Below are positions 55,236 through 63,151 of a stretch of DNA of 64,000 nt, piece by piece (positions within the stretch are counted from its first letter, which is position 1; each line of letters opens with the position of its first letter). The stretch is from Gemmatimonadales bacterium. GTDB taxonomy: Bacteria; Gemmatimonadota; Gemmatimonadetes; Gemmatimonadales; GWC2-71-9. The position numbers and the translations under genes were made by a program. The notes under the pieces were generated by a model. It saw only the letters and a list, made by a program, of their open reading frames with translations. It did not search any database and was not told the origin of the DNA. The stretch lies in the NCBI GenBank assembly GCA_044229245.1, contig JBGATI010000013.1, positions 16,809-80,808 of the forward strand. Reading direction: 5' to 3'.

Positions 55236-56641
55236 TGCGGCTCGTTCGGCGTGCGGGGCTGCGTCGGCTGGCCCGGGCGAGGGCTGGGCCGGGCCGGACG
55301 CGGCGGGGGCCGTCGGCCTTCGGGGCGGAAGCTCTCGGTGAAGCGGCGCAGCGAATCCTCGAGCACTTCGAAGGCGGGGGCTTCGTCGCCGCTCGCAAAG
55401 AGGAGGTAGGGGCTGCCCGCATAGCGGACACGCGCGAGTTCGCGCAGACTGTCGCTGCCCTCCGGCCGGAGAGCGATCAGGGCGAGCAGCGCCTTGGGCG
55501 CGTACTCCGAGGCGGGCCACTCGGTCACGATGCGCCGGAACTGGTGCGCCGCGAACCGGGGCGCACCGAGCGAATCCCGGGCAAGCTCGCCCGCAAGAAA
55601 GAGCCGGAGATCGCCGCCCGCCGCACCGGGCGGGGTCGAATCCGCGATCAGCACCACGCGACGGGCGACCGTGGCGAGCTGCTGGGCCCTCGTCCCTGTC
55701 GTTCCTGGCGCCTCGCCGAAGTCCTCCAGGTCGGTGGCCGCGTCCGACAGGACCTCCGCCGCATCGGCGCGGACGATCTTGGCGACGGCGGCCTGCAGCC
55801 GCGCCTCCGCCGCGAGCGCCGTGCCGCGCCCGACCGACTGTGCCTCCTCGAAGCGGCGATCGGCCGCCAGCGAGTCGGTCTCCGCGAGCCGATCCGCATC
55901 CTGCAGGAGCAGCGAGGTCCGAAGGGTCGCCGGAAGCGCGGCGGCGGCGCTGATCCGGTCGACCAGTCTCGAGGCCGCGGCGGTGTCGTGCCGGACGAAT
56001 CCGGCATGGACCGAGTCGTACGGGGCCGTGGAGTCCCGTTCGGCGATGAGGCTGTCCGTCAGCGTCTCCGCCTCGGCGATGCGGCCGAGCGCCGCCAGGG
56101 TCGCGGCGCGCTCCCCCCGGGCGCGAGGATCTTCGGAGCCGGCGAGCTCCGAGAGCGCCTCCTCGTAACTGCCGGACAGCCGAAGCGCGCGCCCATGGGC
56201 GAGCAGGGCGAGGTTCCGCCGCCCGGCATCGTGGCTCTTCGTCAGGCGGGCGTAGGCGCTGGTTGCGCCGATCGGATCGCCAACCGCGATCCGGCAACCG
56301 CCCACCTGCAGGGCGGCCTGCTCCGCCAGCTCGGTCTCGCGCGCGCCGACCATCACCGCCTCGAGTGGCGGCAGCGCGCGGGTGCAGTCCTTGAGCTTCG
56401 CGAGCGCGGTCCCCTGCAGCAGCCTGGCCTTGTCCGCCCAGCCGGCGTGCGGGTGCCTGACCAGCACCGATTCGGCGCGCACGGAGACCTGCCCCCAGAA
56501 ACTGGTCGCGTCGAAGGTCCGCCCTTCCTGCTCGGCCTGCCGGGCCCGCCGCGCGAGCTGCTCGGCGGTGTACATCCCGTTGTAATAGCCGCCGCATCCG
56601 GCGGCGAACAGGATCGCTCCACCGAGGAGGAGGCGCCTCAC
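55232..56641 (-). CDS. Lipoprotein with TPR-like helical repeats and a Pro-rich tail, function unknown
   Basis: The GTG start gives MRRLLLGGAILFAAGCGG, which holds a lipobox. The body is helical and Ala/Leu/Arg-rich. The C-terminal tail is PPPRPARPSPRPGQPTQPRTP. Confidence 0.6.
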   Translation of the reverse strand: MRRLLLGGAILFAAGCGGYYNGMYTAEQLARRARQAEQEGRTFDATSFWGQVSVRAESVLVRHPHAGWADKARLLQGTALAKLKDCTRALPPLEAVMVGARETELAEQAALQVGGCRIAVGDPIGATSAYARLTKSHDAGRRNLALLAHGRALRLSGSYEEALSELAGSEDPRARGERAATLAALGRIAEAETLTDSLIAERDSTAPYDSVHAGFVRHDTAAASRLVDRISAAAALPATLRTSLLLQDADRLAETDSLAADRRFEEAQSVGRGTALAAEARLQAAVAKIVRADAAEVLSDAATDLEDFGEAPGTTGTRAQQLATVARRVVLIADSTPPGAAGGDLRLFLAGELARDSLGAPRFAAHQFRRIVTEWPASEYAPKALLALIALRPEGSDSLRELARVRYAGSPYLLFASGDEAPAFEVLEDSLRRFTESFRPEGRRPPPRPARPSPRPGQPTQPRTPNEPQ

Positions 56642-57873
56642 CGGCCGCTCCCCGCACCGGGGGTGCCGGTCTTCCGCTCGTACTCGAGGAGGTAGGCCAC
56701 GACCGCATCGGCGATCGCCGTGGCGAGCGCCTGCTGTGACTTGCGCCCGGTGAGGATCTTCGCATCCTGCGGATTGGTGCTGTACCCCATCTCCACCAGG
56801 ATGGCCGGACGGCGGGCCGTGTTGAGCACCGCGAGCTGATTCGACTGCTTCACCCCGCGATTGTCACCGGTGTGCACCTGCTCGATGTGCTCCTGAACCA
56901 GCTCGGCCGCACGCGCGGATTCCCGGAGATACTCGTTCATCTGCAGGTTCCGCAGGATGAAGTCGAGATCGTCGCGGGGACGGTCCGGCTTCTGGTCCTC
57001 GTAGCGCACCGCATCGTTTTCCATGCGCGCAATCCGGTCGGCATCCTCGGTGTTCTCCTCGCCGACGATGATCGTGTGGAACCCGCTCACCTCGCCGTAG
57101 CGGCGCCGGGCCTTCGGGTCGAGGGCGTCCACGTGCAGGCTGACGAAGAGATCACACTCGTTGGTGCAGTAGGGCGCCCGGTCCACCCGGTCGATCAGGG
57201 TGTCGGTGGTGCGGGTCATGACCACCCGCACGCCGCGGCGGCGCAGCTCGTCCCTGAGGAGCAGGGAGACCGCCAGCGTCACATCCTTTTCCTTGATGCC
57301 GCGCGGGAAGTAGAGGCCCGGATTGCCCGGGTCCCGCCCGCCGTGACCGGCATCGACGGTGACGACATGCCCAGGGAGCAGTCCGTTGGGGAGCCTCGGC
57401 CCCGCGGACTGGCGCGGCGCCGGCGACGGCACCGGCTTCACCTCGGGACCGGTCTCGGTGAGCATCCCGCGGCGGGCGTCGTACTGATAGCGCTCCGCGA
57501 GCACCTGCGGCAGGAATTCGGTGACGAACTGCAGCGGCAGGTAGAGCGAGTCGCGCACCCGGTAGGCCCAGCCGGCGAGCGGCTGCAGGCGCTCGTTGAA
57601 GGCGAGGAGCGGCGCTCCCTCGAGGAACCGGAACGACTGGCGGGCGATGGTCACCTCGACCCAGGGCTCCCCGCGCCGGGCGACGCCGTTGAGGGCCGTG
57701 AGCAGCGCGGCCCCCGGAACTCCGGGACCGGCCAGCCGGTCCACGACCACCGGGAGCCGGGCCGTGCCACGGGGGGTCGTGATGACGAGTTGCGCCGGCA
57801 CCGCCGCGCCGGCCGACGCGGCGCCGCCCAGGGCGCCCAGCACCATCAGCAGCCAGGGGGCCCGGCGGATCAC
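56638..57873 (-). CDS. N-acetylmuramoyl-L-alanine amidase (Amidase_3, AmiC-like)
   Basis: Catalytic domain: VTVDAGHGGRDPGNPG...SLHVDA...VEMGYSTNPQDA. The N-terminus MIRRAPWLLMVLGALGGAASAGAA carries an RR pair reminiscent of a Tat signal. Confidence 0.85.
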   Translation of the reverse strand: MIRRAPWLLMVLGALGGAASAGAAVPAQLVITTPRGTARLPVVVDRLAGPGVPGAALLTALNGVARRGEPWVEVTIARQSFRFLEGAPLLAFNERLQPLAGWAYRVRDSLYLPLQFVTEFLPQVLAERYQYDARRGMLTETGPEVKPVPSPAPRQSAGPRLPNGLLPGHVVTVDAGHGGRDPGNPGLYFPRGIKEKDVTLAVSLLLRDELRRRGVRVVMTRTTDTLIDRVDRAPYCTNECDLFVSLHVDALDPKARRRYGEVSGFHTIIVGEENTEDADRIARMENDAVRYEDQKPDRPRDDLDFILRNLQMNEYLRESARAAELVQEHIEQVHTGDNRGVKQSNQLAVLNTARRPAILVEMGYSTNPQDAKILTGRKSQQALATAIADAVVAYLLEYERKTGTPGAGSGR

Positions 57874-58364
57874 TCGCGCCCTCGATGGGCGAGCGCCCGC
57901 GCGACCTCGCGCTCGGCGTCGCGCTTCTTCAGGTCCTCACGCCGATCGTGATATTTCTTGCCCCGACCCAGCGCCAGCGTCACCTTGGCCACTCCGTTGC
58001 GAAAGTAGAGTTCCAGGGGGACGAGCGTGAGCCCCTTCTGCTCCACGGCACCGATGAGCCGCTCGATCTCGCGACGCTTGAGGAGGAGCTTCCGGGTTCT
58101 GACCGGATCGTGATTGTAGCGATTGCCCTGTTCGTAGGGCGTGATGTTGACGCCCTCGAGAAAGACCTCGTTGTTGGCCAGTCGCGCGAAGCCTTCCTTG
58201 ATCGACGCCTTGCCCGAGCGCAGCGACTTCACCTCGGTACCGGTGAGGACCAGCCCCGCCTCCCACGTCTCGAGGATGTGGTAGTCGTGGGTCGCCTTGG
58301 GGTTGCGGGCGACCGAAATCTTGCCCTCCTCGTCGGAGGCGGGTCGGCCGGCTCGGGTCATCAT
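57870..58364 (-). CDS. smpB: SsrA-binding protein
   Basis: The preferred ATG at 58364 gives MMTRAG. The sequence reads ARNPKATHDYHILETWEAGLVLTGTEVKSLR...LLLKRREI...GKKYHDRRED. Confidence 0.95.
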   Translation of the reverse strand: MMTRAGRPASDEEGKISVARNPKATHDYHILETWEAGLVLTGTEVKSLRSGKASIKEGFARLANNEVFLEGVNITPYEQGNRYNHDPVRTRKLLLKRREIERLIGAVEQKGLTLVPLELYFRNGVAKVTLALGRGKKYHDRREDLKKRDAEREVARALAHRGRE

Positions 58365-58404
58365 GTAACCCGAAGATAGACAGGGGGTTGGGTCCGGCGG
58401 AAGG

Positions 58405-58443
58405 TACGGAAACAGAAGTGGGGCCAGGGCGAACCCTGACCCC
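58405..58443 (-). terminator. Intrinsic terminator of tRNA-Leu
   Basis: On the minus strand GGGGTCAGGG-TTCG-CCCTGGCCCC (58443-58420) is followed by ACTTCTGTTTCC. Confidence 0.55.
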
Positions 58444-58456
58444 ACAACAGTTGGAG

Positions 58457-58540
58457 TGCCGAAGGGGGGACTCGAACCCCCACGGGCTTGCGCCCACTGC
58501 GCCCTGAACGCAGCGCGTCTACCAGTTCCACCACTTCGGC
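58457..58540 (-). tRNA. tRNA-Leu (anticodon CAG)
   Basis: The 84 nt minus-strand sequence is GCCGAAGTGGTGGAACTGGTAGACGCGCTGCGTTCAGGGCGCAGTGGGCGCAAGCCCGTGGGGGTTCGAGTCCCCCCTTCGGCA. It has a 7 bp acceptor stem and the anticodon loop TTCAGGG. It also has a long variable arm (GGGC-GCAA-GCCC) and a T arm (GGGGG-TTCGAGT-CCCCC). The 3' CCA is not encoded. Confidence 0.95.
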
Positions 58541-58550
58541 GTGGGCCGAC

Positions 58551-58580
58551 AAAGTACCGACGAGAGGCGTGCGCCGTCAA
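58551..58580 (-). promoter_or_regulatory. Candidate promoter for tRNA-Leu
   Basis: Read on the minus strand: TTGACG (58580-58575), an 18 nt spacer, then TACTTT (58556-58551). It ends 10 nt before the mature tRNA 5' end. Confidence 0.5.
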
Positions 58581-58648
58581 CCGGCGCTGCACGCGGCGTT
58601 TGCAGCGACGCACCGCGCGCCGCGCGGAACCACCCCACCTCACACCCG

Positions 58649-59791
58649 CTAGTATCGCGCGAGCGAGGGATCGACCTCGACGGCCCAGGCATCGATCCCG
58701 CCCGCCAGACTCCTCGCGTGCTGGAATCCGGCGCCCCGCAGCAGGGCGACGGCCTGCATGGAGCGCATCCCGTGATGGCAGAGGACGACGAGATCGCCGC
58801 GCGCATCGAGTTGTGTCAGGCGGGACGGCAGCTCCCGCAGGGGGATGAGGGTGCTCCCCTCGAGCCGCACGATCTCGTACTCGTGCGGCTCCCGCACGTC
58901 GAGAATCGTCACCGGCCGCCCCGCCCCGAGCGCCGCCTGCAGCTCCGCGGGCGAGATCTCCTCCCCGAGGGTCGCGGCGGCCGAGCCGATCCCGCAGAAC
59001 GCCTCGTAGTCGATGAGTCCGGTGATGCTGGGATGGGTCCCGCAGAGCGGGCAGTCGGGATCCTTGCGCAGCTGGAGTTCCCGGAAGCGGAGGCGGAGCG
59101 CATCGAACAGCACCAGCCGGCCGATCAGGGGTTCGCCGACGCCGAGGATGAGCTTGATGGCCTCCAGCGCCTGCATGCTCCCGATGATGCCAGGCAGCAC
59201 GCCGAGCACCCCGCCTTCCGCGCAGCTCGGGACCAGTCCCGGCGGCGGGGGCTCGCTGTACAGGCAGCGGTAGCAGGGGCCGCGCTGGGCATCGAAGACG
59301 GAGACCTGTCCCTCGAAGCGGAAGATGCTGCCGTAGACCAGCGGCTTGCCGAGGAGCACCGCCGCGTCGTTAGCGAGGTAGCGGGTGGGGAAGTTGTCGC
59401 TGCCGTCGATCACGAGATCGTAGCCGGCCAGCACTTCGAGGGCGTTGGCCGAGGTGAGCTGCCCGGCGTGGGAGATCACCTGGACGTGCGGATTCAGGTC
59501 GCGGAGCCGGGCCGTGGCCGATTCGAGCTTGGGGCGTCCGACCTGGCTGGTGCCGTGAAGCACCTGACGCTGGAGGTTGGTCAGATCGACGACGTCGAAA
59601 TCGACCAGCCCGATGGTGCCCACGCCCGCGGCGGCGAGATAGAGCGCGACAGGCGAGCCCAGGCCGCCGGCGCCGATCGCCAGGACGCGGGCGCCCTTGA
59701 GGGCGCGCTGCCCCTCGACCCCCACCTCCGGCAGGAGGAGGTGGCGGGAATAGCGGAGAATCTCTTCGTGCGAGAGGTGAGGGAGAGTCAT
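58649..59791 (-). CDS. moeB: ThiF/MoeB-family adenylyltransferase with a C-terminal rhodanese domain (MoeZ-like sulfur-carrier activase)
   Basis: LSHEEILRYSRHLLLPEVGVEGQ...VLAIGAGGLGSPVALYLAAAGVG, which holds the nucleotide-binding loop. Zinc motifs: CYRC...PSCAEGGVLG and DCPLCG. Rhodanese end: VVLCHHGMRS. Confidence 0.85.
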   Translation of the reverse strand: MTLPHLSHEEILRYSRHLLLPEVGVEGQRALKGARVLAIGAGGLGSPVALYLAAAGVGTIGLVDFDVVDLTNLQRQVLHGTSQVGRPKLESATARLRDLNPHVQVISHAGQLTSANALEVLAGYDLVIDGSDNFPTRYLANDAAVLLGKPLVYGSIFRFEGQVSVFDAQRGPCYRCLYSEPPPPGLVPSCAEGGVLGVLPGIIGSMQALEAIKLILGVGEPLIGRLVLFDALRLRFRELQLRKDPDCPLCGTHPSITGLIDYEAFCGIGSAAATLGEEISPAELQAALGAGRPVTILDVREPHEYEIVRLEGSTLIPLRELPSRLTQLDARGDLVVLCHHGMRSMQAVALLRGAGFQHARSLAGGIDAWAVEVDPSLARY

Positions 59792-59807
59792 GAAGCCTCC
59801 AACGACA

Positions 59808-59832
59808 ACGCCCGGCCACCGGGGCCGGGCGT
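59808..59832 (-). terminator. Strong stem-loop between the Rrf2 gene and moeB
   Basis: A 10 bp stem pairs ACGCCCGGCC (59808-59817) with GGCCGGGCGT (59823-59832). On the minus strand TGTCGTTGGAGG follows, which includes the moeB Shine-Dalgarno sequence. It could be a terminator or an attenuator. Confidence 0.5.
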
Positions 59833-59863
59833 GAGGGTCAACCGCTTGCGGTCCTGCTGAACT

Positions 59864-60322
59864 CTACGATGCCGAGGCGATCGTGACCAGTTCCTGCACC
59901 TGGGTCTCGTGCTTCATCAGGTCGGCCAGCGAGATGCTGGCGAGCAGTTCATCGACCTTGAGCTGGAGCGCGTGCCAGACCGGCCGGATGCTGCAGGCGC
60001 TGCCGGTGTTGCACCGCTCCCCGTCGACCGGGTGCGAGGCGCAGTTCATCTCGAAGGTCTGGTGCTCGGAGGCGGTCATGATGTCGCGCATCGTGATCGC
60101 GGTCGGCTCCTTGGCGATGTAGTACCCGCCCTTGGCGCCGCGCACGCTCTCGACCAGGCCAGCGCGTCTAAGTCGGAGCAGGATCTGCTCGACATAGTCT
60201 CCGGGTAGGCGTTCCTGCTCGGCAATCTCACGAGCAGCAACAGGTCCGCTCCCCGCCGCACTGCGCTTGGCCAGGTGGAGCGAGATGATCAGGCTATACT
60301 CGGTCCAGGTAGTGATTCGCAT
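59864..60322 (-). CDS. Rrf2-family transcriptional regulator
   Basis: The preferred ATG at 60322 gives MRITTWTEYSLIISLHLAK, followed by a winged helix (LLRLRRAGLVESVRGAKGGYYIAK). Cys residues (C...C......C) lie in the C-terminal half. Confidence 0.85.
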   Translation of the reverse strand: MRITTWTEYSLIISLHLAKRSAAGSGPVAAREIAEQERLPGDYVEQILLRLRRAGLVESVRGAKGGYYIAKEPTAITMRDIMTASEHQTFEMNCASHPVDGERCNTGSACSIRPVWHALQLKVDELLASISLADLMKHETQVQELVTIASAS

Positions 60323-60329
60323 GGGGAAG

Positions 60330-60358
60330 AATATGGTCCCTGCCGGCGGCGGAAGCAA
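60330..60358 (-). promoter_or_regulatory. Candidate promoter for the Rrf2 gene (would give a leaderless or near-leaderless mRNA)
   Basis: Read on the minus strand: TTGCTT (60358-60353), a 17 nt spacer, then CATATT (60335-60330). It ends 7 nt before the ATG. It lies in the most AT-rich gap of the window. Confidence 0.3.
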
Positions 60359-60436
60359 GAAACTTCTAGCATGAATTCGTGTTAATCTGCCTAATCGAAG
60401 ATTCACGTTTGCTTCCGGAAATCTGCATAGAGCCGA

Positions 60437-61861
60437 TCAACCGCCGCCGGGCAGACCGACCCCGCCGGGCACCCCGATTTCCGTCATGGCGCGGAGATCG
60501 AGGATCTCCTCCAGCTCCTTGCCCTCGAGCAGCCCCTTCTTCACCACCAGTTCCTTGACCGTGAGCCCGGTCGCGATCGCCTCCTTGGCGAGCTTGGCCG
60601 ATTCGGCGTAGCCGAGCTTGGGGGCGAGCGCCGTGACCAGCGCGGGACTCCGCTCCAGCCAGTAGGTGCAGAGCTTCTCGTCGGCCTCGATCCCGGCGAT
60701 GCACCGCTCCGCGAAGACCCGGGTGGCGTTGCTGACGATCGTCAGGCCGAAGACCATGTTATGCACGATCACCGGCATCATCACGTTCAGCTCGAGCTGG
60801 CCGGCTTCGGCCGCCATGGCGACCGTGGTATCGAGTCCCAGCGCCTGATAGCAGACCTGGTTGACCATTTCGGCGATCGACGGATTCACCTTGCCAGGCA
60901 TGATGCTCGAGCCGGGCTGCACCGCGGGGAGCAGGATCTCGGCGAGGCCGGTGCGCGGGCCCGAGGCGAGCAGGCGGATGTCGTTGGCGATCTTGTTGAG
61001 GTCGAGCACGTAGGCGCGGAAGGCGCCGCTCAGCGTGGCGACATCACCCATCGACTGCATGAGCTGGATGCGGTCCTCCCCCACGGTCAGCTCGAGGCCG
61101 CTCACCTGCTTCAGGTACTTCACCATCAGGGCCGGATAGGCGGCCTCGGCGTTGAGGCCGGTACCGACCGCCGTGCCGCCGATCCCCATGGCGCGGAGCC
61201 AGTCGCCGGCCTGGGCGAGCTTCTGGCGATGCCGCTGGATGGTGTGCCCGTAGGCCGTGAATTCCTGGCCCAGCCGGATCGGCGTGGCGTCCTGCAGATG
61301 GGTCCGTCCCGACTTGATGACGTGGTCGAACTCCTGGCCCTTCGCGAGGCACGCGGCGCTGAGGCGGTCCATCGCCTGCAGCAGCTGCGGCAGGGTGGCG
61401 AGGCTGGCGAGGCGGAGCGCCGTGGGAATCACGTCATTGGTGCTCTGCGCCATGTTGACGTGATCGTTGGGATGCACCGGCGTGTAGGTGCCGCGCGCAC
61501 CGCCGAGCAGCTCGTTGGCCCGGTTGGCGAGGACCTCGTTACAGTTCATGTTGTGCGAGGTGCCCGCGCCCGCCTGATACACATCCACCACGAACTGGTC
61601 CCGGTGCTGGCCCGCGAGCACCTCGTCAGCCGCCTTGACGATGGCATCGGCGAGTCGCGCATCGAGCCGGCCCGTCTCCTTGTGAGTGAGCGCGGCCGAG
61701 CGCTTGATCCAGATCACCGCATCGACGAATGCCGCAAGCGGCTTGAGGCCGGAGATCGGGAAGTTCTCGACGGCGCGAACCGTCTGGATGCCGTACAGCG
61801 CCTCCGCCGGCACCGGCTTCTCGCCGAGCGGATCTTTCTCAATGCGGGTCGTCATGGTCAT
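60437..61861 (-). CDS. aspA: Aspartate ammonia-lyase (class II fumarase/aspartase family)
   Basis: The preferred ATG at 61861 gives MTMTTRIEKDPLGEKPVPAEALYGIQTVRAVENF. VDVYQAGAGTSHNMN, QSTNDV and GSSIMPGKVNPSIAEMVNQVC lean towards aspartase rather than FumC, but not decisively. Confidence 0.7.
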   Translation of the reverse strand: MTMTTRIEKDPLGEKPVPAEALYGIQTVRAVENFPISGLKPLAAFVDAVIWIKRSAALTHKETGRLDARLADAIVKAADEVLAGQHRDQFVVDVYQAGAGTSHNMNCNEVLANRANELLGGARGTYTPVHPNDHVNMAQSTNDVIPTALRLASLATLPQLLQAMDRLSAACLAKGQEFDHVIKSGRTHLQDATPIRLGQEFTAYGHTIQRHRQKLAQAGDWLRAMGIGGTAVGTGLNAEAAYPALMVKYLKQVSGLELTVGEDRIQLMQSMGDVATLSGAFRAYVLDLNKIANDIRLLASGPRTGLAEILLPAVQPGSSIMPGKVNPSIAEMVNQVCYQALGLDTTVAMAAEAGQLELNVMMPVIVHNMVFGLTIVSNATRVFAERCIAGIEADEKLCTYWLERSPALVTALAPKLGYAESAKLAKEAIATGLTVKELVVKKGLLEGKELEEILDLRAMTEIGVPGGVGLPGGG

Positions 61862-61900
61862 CGCGGGGAGCAGGAAAAGGAAACCAGGGAACGAGACGAC

Positions 61901-62236
61901 ATGAGCAGCTATTTCAGGCGGGTCGCGGAGGCGGAAGCGTTCAGCACTTCCAGAAGCATGAAGGCCGATCTCTTTGCCGGCGGCCAGATGTTCGTCGGGC
62001 TCAACTGCTTCGAACCGGGGCAGACCCAGCCGGTTCACGCCCATGCGGGCGCGGACAAATTTTACTTTGTCGTGTCGGGAAAGGCGAGGCTGTCGGTGGG
62101 GACGGAGTCCCGCCTCGTCGAGGCGGGCGAGCTCATCTGGGCACCGGCCGACCTCCCGCATGGCGTGGTGGAAGTACTCGAACGGACGACGCTGCTGGTC
62201 GCCATCGCGCCGCCACCGAAACCCAAGGGCGGCTGA
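61901..62236 (+). CDS. Cupin-domain protein
   Basis: The ATG at 61901 gives MSSYFRRVAEAEAF. Cupin motifs: GQTQPVHAHAGADKFYFVVSGKA and PADLPHGV. The upstream 380 codons of the track ORF are the antisense shadow of aspA. Confidence 0.7.
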   Translation: MSSYFRRVAEAEAFSTSRSMKADLFAGGQMFVGLNCFEPGQTQPVHAHAGADKFYFVVSGKARLSVGTESRLVEAGELIWAPADLPHGVVEVLERTTLLVAIAPPPKPKGG

Positions 62237-62270
62237 GGCGAATGCCGTGTGAGGCACCCACCCGGGCGGT

Positions 62271-63146
62271 TCAGGCCGTCTTCCTGAAGAGTGCCCTGAT
62301 CTCGCGCCATTCGACGCTGCGGACCGCCAGCAGCAGACCGAGGATCGCTCCCGCCCCGACCGACCAGAAGCGCCACGCCAGCAGCAGCAGCGCCGCCGAG
62401 CCGCCGTCGCCCGGCGCGAGATTGCCCGCGGCGCCCGCCAGGAACCCGAGCTCCACCACCCCGGCCCCGGCCGGCGTCGGCAGGACGAGCTGGCTGTAGA
62501 GCAGTCCGAACGACCCCACCAGCATGACGCCGACCGGGGGATGCGCCGGCAGGGTCAGCGCGAGCACCGGGAGCATCGCACTCCGGGCCAGCACGTTGAC
62601 GACGGTCATGGGCGCCCCGGCCAGGAGCGGCCACCAGGAGACCCGGCGGCCGTAGACCAGCATCCGTCGCCACGAGCGACGCGGAGCACGGCCCGCCCGC
62701 CGGAGCGCCCGCCCCGCGATCGCCCCGATCACGACGGTCACCAGCACCACGGCCACGACCCAGCCGAGCCGCTGCCTGACACTGTGCACCAGCCCGGGTC
62801 CGGCCTGGGCGACCCAGTCGGGCGCGAAGCGCCAGAGGCCGATGGCGGCCAGGGCAATGATGATGGGCCACGCCGCGAGGACTTCGATGGCGATCGCCAT
62901 GAAGGCCGCCGTCGCGGGCACCCCCGCGCGCAGCATGCCGAGCAGGCGCAGCGGTTCCCCGGCCACGCGCATGGGAGTGAGCGCACAGCCGGCCTCACCC
63001 CAGGCGTTGAGCCGGAAGGCCTCGCGAAACGGGACCCGCTGCCCCAGGCCACGCAGCAGCCACTGGATCCGGAAGCCGCGGGCGACGAGGTCGCCGACCC
63101 AGAGCAGGGCGCAGATCAGGTTGGCGAGCGCGAACGAGAGTGGCAT
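62271..63146 (-). CDS. Polytopic membrane protein, UPF0104 / lysyl-PG-synthase-TM-like (flippase-like)
   Basis: The ATG at 63146 gives MPLSFALANLICALLWVGDLVARGFRIQWLL. Multiple hydrophobic segments are separated by Arg-rich loops. It lies 5 nt downstream of the glycosyltransferase. Confidence 0.5.
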   Translation of the reverse strand: MPLSFALANLICALLWVGDLVARGFRIQWLLRGLGQRVPFREAFRLNAWGEAGCALTPMRVAGEPLRLLGMLRAGVPATAAFMAIAIEVLAAWPIIIALAAIGLWRFAPDWVAQAGPGLVHSVRQRLGWVVAVVLVTVVIGAIAGRALRRAGRAPRRSWRRMLVYGRRVSWWPLLAGAPMTVVNVLARSAMLPVLALTLPAHPPVGVMLVGSFGLLYSQLVLPTPAGAGVVELGFLAGAAGNLAPGDGGSAALLLLAWRFWSVGAGAILGLLLAVRSVEWREIRALFRKTA

Positions 63147-63151
63147 CTCCC

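Noticed and set aside
58365-58648. tmRNA (ssrA) expected next to smpB
   Set aside because: The only RNA gene here is an 84 nt tRNA-Leu. The flanks lack a tRNA-like 3' domain ending in a T-arm plus ACCA, a resume codon and tag ORF, and the required length.
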